Of a stretch of 64,000 nucleotides of DNA, positions 19,597 to 28,607 are shown piece after piece. The DNA is from Puniceicoccaceae bacterium (GTDB lineage: Bacteria > Verrucomicrobiota > Verrucomicrobiia > Opitutales > Oceanipulchritudinaceae). Under the pieces are notes generated by a model. It saw only the letters and a list, made by a program, of their open reading frames with translations, was not told the origin of the DNA and ran no database searches. The DNA is taken from contig JBFOMH010000013.1 of NCBI GenBank assembly GCA_040830765.1, positions 128,001 to 192,000 of the forward strand. Direction: 5' to 3'. Position 1 is the stretch's first letter; the number at the start of each line of letters is the position of its first letter. The position numbers were made by a program, and so were the translations under genes.

Positions 19597-20976
19597 TCAC
19601 TCACCCTGAACGAGGAGTCGATACTCCCAACTATCCAGTTCGAATTCAGCCGTTGCTTCCAGTTCGACAGGGGATCCGTCGAAGGCATCTATCCAGCTTC
19701 CGGCGATGTCCCCTGACCCAATGGAAACCTCAATGTCCTTGGCCGTCAAATTGCCGACGAAGAGCACCTTGCCGGAATCCGTATTCCGGAGCAGGGCATA
19801 GGCAGATTCGTCCATTGTGGAAGGGATACGTGCCGAAGGGGCGCCTGTGGCAAGAGCAGAGTGTCCGGCCTTGAGGTTGTTCATGGTACGGTAGACATCA
19901 AAAAGGTGATGTTCCCTCCAATCGATGGGATCATGAACAAAGAACTCGAGACGCTTGTCCAATCCTGCTTCCTGTCCGTTATAAATCAGCGGTATGCCAT
20001 CAAAGATATAGGTGAGGACGGCGAAGGTCTCCACCCCGCCACCGAGGCGTTGGAAGACAGTCCCGTTCCATGAGTTCTCATCATGGTTGGAGGTGACGTA
20101 AAGAAAGTCCGCACCATGGGGGAACTCTAAACGCATCCGGTTCAGGACATCGTCCAGATAAGAGGCCGGTTGCTTGCCTTGGGCAACATCATCAAAGGCG
20201 TGCATCATCGGCCAGCCATAGGAGGCATGGAATGCAGTTAACTGATGATCAGCAACTTCTGCCTCTGCCAGCATGAACAAGTCTGGCTTGGTTTCCAGCA
20301 AGGCAGCGGACAGTTTATCCCAGAATTCAGTTGGAATACCGGTTGCGTAATCACAACGATATCCATCGATACCAAACTCGGTAATCCAGTAACGCATCTC
20401 CTCAATGTGCCAATCAAGGACATCCGGATTGTCATAATCCACTTGGATGACGTCGCTCCAGTCGGGGAATTCCGGAGGCGGCATGAAGCCGCCATCAGCG
20501 TCCTTCATGTAGAAGTCCGGATTGGTAGCAGTCCGTGGATGGTCCCAGGCCGTGTGGTTGCCCACCCAGTCAAGGATGACTTTCATCCCCCGCGCCTTGG
20601 CGGCATCGACCAACGACTTGAAATCGGCCTTGGTACCAAACTCCGGGTTCACATCGCGGTAATCCTTGATGGAGTAGTAACTGCCGAGTTCCCCCTTGCG
20701 GTTGAGTTCACCAATTGGGTGGATGGGCATGAACCAGAGGGTCTTGACACCCAACTCCTCGATTCGGTCCAGATCCGCTTCGACGGCGGCAAATGTCCCT
20801 GCCTCGGAATACTGGCGTACGTTGACCTCGTAGATCACTTCATGCCGGACCCAGTCGGGCAATTCAGTCGAGGGCTGCGTCCAGAGCAGCTCTTCGGAAA
20901 ATGCAAACCCGGTCCCAAGGGACCAGACCACTAACAATAGAATTATGGGATAGCGCTTAAGGAAGTGTGATTTCAT
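19597..20976 (-). CDS. Secreted GH13 alpha-amylase family glycoside hydrolase
   Basis: Signal peptide; IYEVNVRQ; DWVGNH; GYRCDYA (nucleophile); AEAE; NHDE. Confidence 0.92.
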   Translation of the reverse strand: MKSHFLKRYPIILLLVVWSLGTGFAFSEELLWTQPSTELPDWVRHEVIYEVNVRQYSEAGTFAAVEADLDRIEELGVKTLWFMPIHPIGELNRKGELGSYYSIKDYRDVNPEFGTKADFKSLVDAAKARGMKVILDWVGNHTAWDHPRTATNPDFYMKDADGGFMPPPEFPDWSDVIQVDYDNPDVLDWHIEEMRYWITEFGIDGYRCDYATGIPTEFWDKLSAALLETKPDLFMLAEAEVADHQLTAFHASYGWPMMHAFDDVAQGKQPASYLDDVLNRMRLEFPHGADFLYVTSNHDENSWNGTVFQRLGGGVETFAVLTYIFDGIPLIYNGQEAGLDKRLEFFVHDPIDWREHHLFDVYRTMNNLKAGHSALATGAPSARIPSTMDESAYALLRNTDSGKVLFVGNLTAKDIEVSIGSGDIAGSWIDAFDGSPVELEATAEFELDSWEYRLLVQGE

Positions 20977-21048
20977 AAAAGATATTCAGGTTAGGATAAT
21001 TGCCTGAATGTCTCACATCGTTCCTTCCTTATCCCGCCCATTCATCCG

Positions 21049-21081
21049 GATAGACCTGACAACGCTTGGACAAAACCTAGA
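21049..21081. promoter_or_regulatory. Second copy of the candidate regulator site, upstream of the GH13 gene
   Basis: GATAGACCTGACAACGCTTGGACAAAACCTAGA shares GATA, CCTGAC and TGGACAAAnCnTAGA with 19541-19573. Confidence 0.55.
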
Positions 21082-21094
21082 CTGGCGCGCTGAC

Positions 21095-21439
21095 TCAGTC
21101 CTGAATGGCGTTCTTTTCGTCAACGTAGACCAGCAAGGGCTTGTGGGCCTGCGCTTCCCCTTCCTCGTATTCCGCATAGCTGGCAATAATGACAATATCT
21201 CCCGGTTGGACGAGGCGGGCAGCCGCCCCGTTCAGGCAGACTTCCCCGGGCTTGCCGAGGATGACGTAGGTATGGAAGCGTTCCCCGTTATTGCAGTTGT
21301 AGATATCGACCTGCTCAAACTCGAGCAAGTCAGCTGCCTTGAGAAACTCAGGGCCAAGGGAAATGGAGCCCGCATAGTTAAGATCCGCATCGGTGACCGT
21401 GGCGCGGTGGATTTTTGACTTCAATAATGTGCGTTTCAT
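21095..21439 (-). CDS. panD: Aspartate 1-decarboxylase
   Basis: [20 protein letters not shown] cleavage site; [15 protein letters not shown]. Confidence 0.96.
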   Translation of the reverse strand: MKRTLLKSKIHRATVTDADLNYAGSISLGPEFLKAADLLEFEQVDIYNCNNGERFHTYVILGKPGEVCLNGAAARLVQPGDIVIIASYAEYEEGEAQAHKPLLVYVDEKNAIQD

Positions 21440-21452
21440 GGAAAGGGAATAT

Positions 21453-22268
21453 TTATGATTGGAGTTCCGCCTTCGAGCGGTCCGGTTCATGGATTTGGTT
21501 CAATTCAACAGCCCGGCAAAGGCCGTGCAAAACAAGGTCGGGAACATAGGCGGTCACAATCGACTCATCCTTGAAAAAGCGGGCATGGCCACCTGTGACG
21601 ATGACCACAGGTTCCCTCCCCTCAAAAGCTTCGTCCTGTAAACGGCTAATGACTTCCCTCAACAGTCCGAGATGACTGAAGTAAAGGCCGCTTTGAATGC
21701 TCTCAATCGTGTTCTTGCCGAGACAGGCGGACGGAATTGCCAGGTCGACATAGGGCAACTTGGCGGTGTTCCGTGCCAATGCCCTCATGGAAAGTCCCAT
21801 CCCGGCGGCAATGACCCCGCCAAGGTATTCATCGCGCCTGTTGATGGCACAGAAGGTCGTCGCCGTTCCCATGTCGACCACGACCCGGTCCGTTTCCGGG
21901 AAGAGCTCAACCGCGGCAATGGCGTTGGCGATGCGGTCTGCTCCGACTTCAGCCGGATTCTTGGTCCGGATTTTCAAGCCGGTCCTTACCCCTGCCTGCA
22001 GCAGGAGAGGCTTGATGCCTAGATAGGTCAAACAGGCCTCAATAACCACTTGGTTGCAGTCTGGTACAACGGAAGCGACGGCAATGGCGTCAAGGGACTC
22101 CACTGCAATTCCCCGCGAGGAAAGAATCTGCAGCACAAATACACCGAAGTCGTCAGCAGTCGGTGACTGCTGGCTTGACTTGCGGAACTCGGCTATGACT
22201 TCACGACCGTGGCAAACCCCGCCGTAGATGTCTGTGTTCCCGATATCAAAACACAAAACCTTCATCAC
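21453..22268 (-). CDS. coaX: Type III pantothenate kinase
   Basis: [31 protein letters not shown]. Confidence 0.93.
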   Translation of the reverse strand: MMKVLCFDIGNTDIYGGVCHGREVIAEFRKSSQQSPTADDFGVFVLQILSSRGIAVESLDAIAVASVVPDCNQVVIEACLTYLGIKPLLLQAGVRTGLKIRTKNPAEVGADRIANAIAAVELFPETDRVVVDMGTATTFCAINRRDEYLGGVIAAGMGLSMRALARNTAKLPYVDLAIPSACLGKNTIESIQSGLYFSHLGLLREVISRLQDEAFEGREPVVIVTGGHARFFKDESIVTAYVPDLVLHGLCRAVELNQIHEPDRSKAELQS

Positions 22269-23023
22269 CGGATCTCCACGTTATCGATAAGTCTCACGCC
22301 CTCCAACTGGACGGCTCCTAATCGGCGACCATCCCGCTCGTCGACATATTCCACCGCAAATCCGAGCGACTCCAACTCGGCCCGTGCCATGGCACAGTCC
22401 ATGGCTGTTGAGAGGACCCGATGAAACTCCGGAGCCAGGGTTCGGGCTGATTCAGAGAGCCGGGCATTGCGGCTGCTCATCGCTAATCCATCCTCTTCCC
22501 TCACAGTGGGCACGCCAACGATTTCGGTGTTGATAAAGAATGCGTTGGCCAGCCCGCGGACCAGCTGCAGCTGCTGCCAGTCCTTCCCCCCAAAGTAGGC
22601 ACTGTCCGCAGCTGCCAGGATGAGTAATTTCAGGACGACCGTCATCACGCCGTCGAAGTGGCCCGGGCGCATGGCTCCCTCCAGTACCGTACTCATTTCA
22701 ATCTCGGAAATCCGGTAGATATAGTCGTCCGGGTAGAGCATCCCGTATTGTGGCATGAAGACAGCACTTGCACCCAGTTGCTGACACAGCTCCAAATCGG
22801 CATGCAGCGGGGTCGGATAAGTCGAGCAATCCTTGGCGTCATTAAACTGGGTCGGGTTGACGAAGATGCTGACCAAGGTCTGTTCGTTCTCCTTGACCGA
22901 TTGCTCAATGAGTGAGGCGTGCCCGGCATGCAGTGCCCCCATTGTGGGGACGAAACCGACAGTTACCTCGGCTGTCTCGTTGCGCCACTCACGGAGGGCT
23001 TCAATGGTTGCCAATTTTCTCAT
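22265..23023 (-). CDS. panC: Pantoate--beta-alanine ligase
   Basis: FVPTMGALHAGH, SIFVNPTQF, RPGHFDGV, DGLAMSSRN. Confidence 0.96.
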   Translation of the reverse strand: MRKLATIEALREWRNETAEVTVGFVPTMGALHAGHASLIEQSVKENEQTLVSIFVNPTQFNDAKDCSTYPTPLHADLELCQQLGASAVFMPQYGMLYPDDYIYRISEIEMSTVLEGAMRPGHFDGVMTVVLKLLILAAADSAYFGGKDWQQLQLVRGLANAFFINTEIVGVPTVREEDGLAMSSRNARLSESARTLAPEFHRVLSTAMDCAMARAELESLGFAVEYVDERDGRRLGAVQLEGVRLIDNVEIR

Positions 23024-23813
23024 TGGAAAAACTCTCCTCGACCGACGGATAGGCCAAGGCCTTCACATCTTTATCATATCCGCTCAAGGCCTGCCGCATG
23101 GCCTCCGCTCCATTCATGTAGGTCCGCAGGAACTTGGGTTGAAATCCAAGATTCATGCCGAGGACATCCTGCAGGACGAGGATCTGCCCGCTGCAGCTGA
23201 CTCCGGAACCGATCCCGATCGTCGGGATGGTCAACTTGTCGGTTATCCGCCCGGCCAGGTCGGCCGGCACGCACTCCAGGACGATCGAAAAAACACCCGC
23301 CTCCTGCAAGGCCAGCGCATCCAGTTCAATTTGCCTTGCGGCGGCCTCTTCACGGCCCTGAACCCGGTAACCGCCGAACTGATGAACCGACTGTGGGGTT
23401 AGCCCGAGGTGACCCATCACCGGAACACCACTTCCGACGATGTGGGAAATCACATCCAGGTGGCCCTCGGCTCCTTCAATCTTCACCGCATTGGCACCTG
23501 CCTTCATGATTGTGTCAACACACTCCATGGCTGCAGGGATGCCCTTCCGGTGTTCCGGAAAGGGAACATCAGTAACGACGAATTTGTCCCCAATGCCGCG
23601 CCGTACGGCTGCAGTATGGGAGGCCATCATATTTGTCGTGGCATGCACCGTGTCCGGGTGTCCATGCATCACCATGGCTACGCTGTCGCCTACGAGGACA
23701 GCATCCACGGGGGATTCGGCGATAATCCGCGCGCTCCATGCATCATAGCAGGTCACCATGGAAATGGGATTTCCTTCTGCGCGGAAACGGGAGAAATCGG
23801 TCACTCGTTTCAT
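23001..23813 (-). CDS. panB: 3-methyl-2-oxobutanoate hydroxymethyltransferase
   Basis: VLVGDS, AVKIEG, MGHLGLTPQS, PTIGIG; strong SD GAAGGAGGT. Confidence 0.96.
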   Translation of the reverse strand: MKRVTDFSRFRAEGNPISMVTCYDAWSARIIAESPVDAVLVGDSVAMVMHGHPDTVHATTNMMASHTAAVRRGIGDKFVVTDVPFPEHRKGIPAAMECVDTIMKAGANAVKIEGAEGHLDVISHIVGSGVPVMGHLGLTPQSVHQFGGYRVQGREEAAARQIELDALALQEAGVFSIVLECVPADLAGRITDKLTIPTIGIGSGVSCSGQILVLQDVLGMNLGFQPKFLRTYMNGAEAMRQALSGYDKDVKALAYPSVEESFSNEKIGNH

Positions 23814-23829
23814 CGGTGACCTCCTTCAA

Positions 23830-23895
23830 AAAATAGGGGGCGAATGGCTCGCTGCTCGGGTACCTGTCTCATTGGATCAAGTCCTTCCTTCGGCT
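23830..23895 (-). ncRNA. Candidate pan RNA motif-like leader upstream of panB
   Basis: The 5' UTR reads GGAAGGACTTGATCCAATGAGACAGGTACCCGAGCAG. The GATCC..GAGAC elements and the position resemble my recollection of pan-motif leaders; not verified by covariance search. Confidence 0.4.
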
Positions 23896-24035
23896 TTGAA
23901 TAAATTAAACTGTGGATTGTCGTTCGTCGCATCCGGGTAATTCCAGTATGCGCGAATGGTCAATGGACTCCTTTTTTCGCCGGATATCAAGCAAGATCGC
24001 GCAAATCCATCCGGCCAAGGCCCGGGCAAGGAGGT

Positions 24036-24359
24036 TCAGTCGAGGTGGAAAATCTCCTCCATGGGGGCCCAAATCTCCCCTTCTGGCAGGGAATCAAGGG
24101 GTTTTAGACAGGGAATACAGACCGCCCACCATTCCTGGGTTGTCTTGTCTGCAGCCACCGCTGCAACATCCGCCTCAAAGTCATCCCCCAGGTATTCAAA
24201 GTAACTGAAGAGCCAGCCCTCCCGGTAGAAGATGGAGTAATTGCTGAAGTGGCTTGCCTTCAACCGGTCCAGTACACCTGGCCAGGCAGCGGCATGGAGG
24301 CGTTTGTATTCCTCGTACTTATGGGGATGAACCTCGACTACTGAGCCATAGCGCTTCAT
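24036..24359 (-). CDS. L-rhamnose mutarotase family protein
   Basis: EEYKRLHAAAWPGV..NYSIF..LFSYFEY..TQEWW..MEEIFHLD. Confidence 0.88.
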   Translation of the reverse strand: MKRYGSVVEVHPHKYEEYKRLHAAAWPGVLDRLKASHFSNYSIFYREGWLFSYFEYLGDDFEADVAAVAADKTTQEWWAVCIPCLKPLDSLPEGEIWAPMEEIFHLD

Positions 24360-25420
24360 TGGTCGCTCCCTGACAGGGGTGCACGGGCGGCACGGAAAAG
24401 GGCCGCAATATTGGCTGGTGGCGTATCCGGCAGAATGGCCTCATGGCTTGGGGAGACGATCAATCCAGTCGGGAAAATGCGGCGCAGACGCTGGACTTCG
24501 GTCTCGACTTCTTCAGGAGTGCCGTTGACCAGCAGGTCCTGGGCGTCTACTCCCCCACAAAAGGCAACGCGGTTCCCGAATTGCTCCTTCAGGGCGGAAG
24601 CTTCCATCCCGGCAGCTTTCGCTTGGATCGGGTGGATCACGTCCGCACCAATTTCCACAAGGTCTTCAATAATCGGGCAAATCGACCCACACGAATGGTG
24701 AATGACCTTCAGCCCGTAGGCCTTCGCCTGCTCGATCAGTTGCTTGGTAAAGGGAAGACTGTACCTGCGGATCAATTCCCGGGAAAGCATCAGTCCTTGT
24801 TGGGAGCCGTAATCATTTCCAATCAGGACGGCGTCCAGCTTTCCCTTTGTTGCCTCGAAGAAGATGCTGTTGGCCTCGAGATAGAATTGCGTGATCCGGC
24901 GGTTGATAGCCTCAAAGATCTCCGGCTCCTCAAGCAGTGTCATGAGGGCATTTTCCATACCGAATGCGGCACAGGCATCCTGAAAGTGGGCCGACCAGAT
25001 GACCCCGAGGCAAACTTTGTCTCCCGGTATGCCATCCACCGCGGCACGGCACTTGTCCGGATCAATATAGAGGGAGGGATCCGGCCAGTCGAAGCGCTCC
25101 ACTTCCTCGAGGTCTTCGCAGTCGGCAAAATAACCCGGCGAGTTGAGCGTGCGCTCCTCGTTTTTGGCAAGGGAATGGCCACCGGTGAAGTCAAAAGCCA
25201 TGTAGATGGCATCTGCAGTTGGGGAATGATACGGTAATTCAACCGGCCAGATGTCGTCATCCAACTGATGAATCAATTCCGGGATGGAGCGCACTCCGAA
25301 ATGCGTAAACAGTCCAGGATAGGCCTTGGGATCGGGGATCCCCATCCAGGTGCATGGGCGGTCGACTTCCTCATGGGCAATCGTCCTGAGAAAGCGTTCT
25401 TTACTATTGAGGGTATTCAC
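24356..25420 (-). CDS. Uroporphyrinogen decarboxylase / methylcobamide methyltransferase superfamily protein
   Basis: DWPDP, FGMENAL, DYGSQQGLMLS, HHSCG, HPIQ, FCGGVDAQ, GTPEEV, PPANI. Confidence 0.85.
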   Translation of the reverse strand: MNTLNSKERFLRTIAHEEVDRPCTWMGIPDPKAYPGLFTHFGVRSIPELIHQLDDDIWPVELPYHSPTADAIYMAFDFTGGHSLAKNEERTLNSPGYFADCEDLEEVERFDWPDPSLYIDPDKCRAAVDGIPGDKVCLGVIWSAHFQDACAAFGMENALMTLLEEPEIFEAINRRITQFYLEANSIFFEATKGKLDAVLIGNDYGSQQGLMLSRELIRRYSLPFTKQLIEQAKAYGLKVIHHSCGSICPIIEDLVEIGADVIHPIQAKAAGMEASALKEQFGNRVAFCGGVDAQDLLVNGTPEEVETEVQRLRRIFPTGLIVSPSHEAILPDTPPANIAALFRAARAPLSGSDQ

Positions 25421-25498
25421 TTGAGAGCTGCCACCAATGATGGATCAGCCAGCAGTAAATTCAACTGGATAATGCTACTGGATCCAGCCGGCGCTGGA

Positions 25499-27013
25499 TT
25501 AAAACGCGAAGAATCCCTGATAGAATCCCAGCAGGATAATTCCCGCAGAGAGCAATCCCATGACCACCCGGGCACCAATGCCAGGTGTCGTCACGGCATG
25601 CGGCACCTCATCGGCAATGAAGGGATTCTGCATCACGGCCGCCCGCATCCATCCAAAATAATAGTAGATGGAGATGACGACGCCAGCGAGGGCGAATCCG
25701 AGGACCCAGTAGAGGCCGGCCTGGAAAGCAGCGACAAAGATCAGAAGCTTGGCCACAAAGCCCGCCAAGGGGGGAATGCCTGCAAGGGAGCCCAGGCTGA
25801 CGAGCAGGGTTCCGCCGAGATAAGGTTCCTTTTTGAGGAGGTCGTCGAAATGGTCCAGTTCCTGATCGGCATCGGTCGGGCTGGCTACATGAGCCATGAC
25901 TTCGAAGACCCCGAAGGACGCCAGGGCGTAGGTGACGAGGTAGAAAAGGACGGCCACAAAAGCCCAGTCAACTGTCAGGCAGGCCAGAAGGCCCATCAGC
26001 AGAATCCCGGCATGGGCGACACCGGACATCCCCATGATCCGCTTCACGTTGTGCTGCCCGAGGGCGGCAACATTCCCAAAGAGCAAGGTCAGGATCGTGA
26101 CCACGGTCAGCAGGGGAACCGTCAAGAACTCGAGGGCGGCAAAGGGGCCGGTCAGGAGGAGATAAAGCAGGTAGAATCCCGCCGCCTTGGAGGAAACGGC
26201 AAGGAACGAGGTAACCGGTGTGGGTGCACCCTGATAGACATCGGGAATCCAGATTTGGAAGGGAACAACCCCTATCTTGAAGCAGATTCCGACCAGCACC
26301 AGGACCGCACCAAAAATGACGAGCAGGTTCTGGCTGTTATTGGCAAACTCCCCTGATGCGGCGATGAATGCACCAAGCTCGTCGAAGTTGAGCGGGGCGG
26401 TTGAGGAGGCTGGCAGGGCCGGATTGCTGGCGGCACCATAGAGGAGCGCCGTCCCGAAGAGCAGCATACCGGAACTGAAAGCTCCCATAATCAGGTACTT
26501 GAGCCCGGCCTCCAGGGAAAGACGGCTGTCCCGCTTATAGGCCACCAGGATATAGAACCCGATGGTCAAGGTCTCGAGGGCGACAAAGAGCATCAGGAAG
26601 TGATGGCTCTGCACCAGTACCATGAAAGTCGCGGTCACCACCAGGACAAGATGGTGGAACTCCACATGGGCCAGCTTCTGTTTTTTCAGGAATACCGAGC
26701 CAATGTGGGTAATAAAAATCGAGGAAACGAGAAGGAAGAGCCGGAGCCAGTCCCCGTTTGCGCTTTGGGCCAGCAAGCCACCGAAAAGGACCTCCGCCCC
26801 CTCGCGGCTGCAGTTGGCCTGCATCGAGAGCCCCAATAGGATAACGGCGATGACCTGCACCCCGATGGAGATTCGGGATAGGTGCGGACGAAAACGAGGA
26901 AGCAGCAAGTCGACAAAAAGAATCAGGACTGCAAAACAGCCCAGGACAATCTCCGGGAGAAGGGAGCTCCACCGGTTGCTGGCAGCGACGAGTTGAAGGG
27001 TTTCAGTATCCAT
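25499..27013 (-). CDS. nuoN: NADH-quinone oxidoreductase subunit N
   Basis: SLEAGLKY, FKIGVVPFQIWIPDVYQGAPTP, SLAGIPPLAGFVAK. Confidence 0.95.
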   Translation of the reverse strand: MDTETLQLVAASNRWSSLLPEIVLGCFAVLILFVDLLLPRFRPHLSRISIGVQVIAVILLGLSMQANCSREGAEVLFGGLLAQSANGDWLRLFLLVSSIFITHIGSVFLKKQKLAHVEFHHLVLVVTATFMVLVQSHHFLMLFVALETLTIGFYILVAYKRDSRLSLEAGLKYLIMGAFSSGMLLFGTALLYGAASNPALPASSTAPLNFDELGAFIAASGEFANNSQNLLVIFGAVLVLVGICFKIGVVPFQIWIPDVYQGAPTPVTSFLAVSSKAAGFYLLYLLLTGPFAALEFLTVPLLTVVTILTLLFGNVAALGQHNVKRIMGMSGVAHAGILLMGLLACLTVDWAFVAVLFYLVTYALASFGVFEVMAHVASPTDADQELDHFDDLLKKEPYLGGTLLVSLGSLAGIPPLAGFVAKLLIFVAAFQAGLYWVLGFALAGVVISIYYYFGWMRAAVMQNPFIADEVPHAVTTPGIGARVVMGLLSAGIILLGFYQGFFAF

Positions 27014-27014
27014 C

Positions 27015-28607
27015 TTATTTCGTCATGGAAATTTCTGTCGAAGGGAGGGTGACGGTCAGGGTCTGGGCCGGGAAGGTATGTTCCACTCCCTCATTTGCCG
27101 GGTCGGCAACCAACCGGGGCCAAATGCCAATAACAAAGAGGGCAATCAGTAGCAGGAGAGCCGGAACCTTTTCCGAGGTCTTGATATCCCCGCCTTGAAA
27201 TTCCCCCTTGGTTTCACCAAAGAAAACAGAGGCGACCGCCCGAAGTCCATACACCGCGGAAATGATGATCCCGCACAAGGCGACATAAAGCACCCATGGT
27301 GTGTCCGAATTGAAAAGGGAAACGAAAATGCCCAACTCTCCCCAGAAATTGGCAAAGCCTGGCAATCCGATACTGGCCAGCATGGCGGCCGTGAACAAAC
27401 CCATCAGGACGGGTGCCTTTTGCCCCATCCCTCCGAGGTCCTTCATGTCAGCCGTCCCGCCGCGCTTCTCCACGACATCCGCGAGGAGGAAAAGCAAGGC
27501 CACCGACAAACCGTGGGCGAAAAGCATCATGATAGCAGCCCCGATTCCCACTGTGGAAAAAGCATACAACCCAAGGAAAGCGTACCCCATGTGCATCACT
27601 GAGGCATTCCCAAGCATTACCTTGAGGTCGCGCTGGGCCATCGTGACAAAACCGATGAGGATCAAGTTGCCGAGAGCCAGCCACATCAAGAGCGGAGCCC
27701 AGTCAGCCGCACCCTGCGGCAGAAGCGGGTAGGCCAGCTGAATCAATCCATAGAGCCCGAACTTCTTGAGCACCCCGGCATGGAGCATGGCTGCGGGCGC
27801 CGGTGCAGTGGAATAGGCCCGCGGGGCCCAGGTGTGGAACGGGAACAGGGAAACCAGCACACCAAAACCAATGAGGAGCAGGCCGAATATTGTTCCCTGT
27901 ACAGGAGCCTCCACCAGCCCTATCCGCAGTGCCGCCATGTTAAAATGCTCCGCCCCGCTGAAAACATAGAGGGCGATCAACCCGGCGAGGGTGATCATCG
28001 CACCAAAGGTGAGATAAATGGTCACTTCCAGGGCTACGGCCTTTCGCCCCGAACGGCCCCAGAGGGCAATCAGGATGAAGGTCGGAATAAGGGCAAACTC
28101 ATGGAAGAAATAGAAGAAAAGCACATCGACCGATGAAAAGACGCCCATCAGCCCGCCCTGCATGACAAGCAGCAGAATCAGGTAAAGACGCAAGCGCTCA
28201 ACCCCGCTCTGGATGGCATAGAGGCCTGCCGCCATGCCGACGATGCCGGCCAGGACATAGAATGGAAGCGCAATGCCGTTCAAGCCAAGGTGCAGCCGGA
28301 TACCAAAGCGTTCCAAACCGAGGTCACGGACGACCTGGAAGGCATATGCCCCATCGTGGTTGCCAGCAGCGTAGATAGCCGCCAGCCAGATACTGATCAG
28401 TCCCGGAATGATAAATCCGGCCAGGCCGCAGAATTTGACCGCAGGGTCCGGCAATTTGCCGGAGACCGTCAGCGCGATGGCCATCGTCAACGGAATGGCA
28501 ATGGCAAAGATGACAAGGTAGGCGTTTAAAACCGGTGAAGCTGCTCCCGCACTCTGCAGGAACTCTCCGATGCCTCCCAGAAAAGCAATGGGCATTTGCG
28601 TCGTCAT
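27015..28607 (-). CDS. nuoM: NADH-quinone oxidoreductase subunit M
   Basis: FPFHTWAP, AGVLKKFGLYG, ASIGLPGFANFWGE; start at ATG 28607 (ATGA overlap with nuoL). Confidence 0.93.
   Translation of the reverse strand: MTTQMPIAFLGGIGEFLQSAGAASPVLNAYLVIFAIAIPLTMAIALTVSGKLPDPAVKFCGLAGFIIPGLISIWLAAIYAAGNHDGAYAFQVVRDLGLERFGIRLHLGLNGIALPFYVLAGIVGMAAGLYAIQSGVERLRLYLILLLVMQGGLMGVFSSVDVLFFYFFHEFALIPTFILIALWGRSGRKAVALEVTIYLTFGAMITLAGLIALYVFSGAEHFNMAALRIGLVEAPVQGTIFGLLLIGFGVLVSLFPFHTWAPRAYSTAPAPAAMLHAGVLKKFGLYGLIQLAYPLLPQGAADWAPLLMWLALGNLILIGFVTMAQRDLKVMLGNASVMHMGYAFLGLYAFSTVGIGAAIMMLFAHGLSVALLFLLADVVEKRGGTADMKDLGGMGQKAPVLMGLFTAAMLASIGLPGFANFWGELGIFVSLFNSDTPWVLYVALCGIIISAVYGLRAVASVFFGETKGEFQGGDIKTSEKVPALLLLIALFVIGIWPRLVADPANEGVEHTFPAQTLTVTLPSTEISMTK

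Noticed and set aside
25480..25499. Small hairpin ATCCAGC-CGGC-GCTGGAT after nuoN
   Set aside because: Short stem with no T tract; not enough to call a terminator.
25268..26356. 362-aa ORF antisense to nuoN, and other antisense nuo ORFs
   Set aside because: Shadow frames of GC-rich membrane-protein genes.
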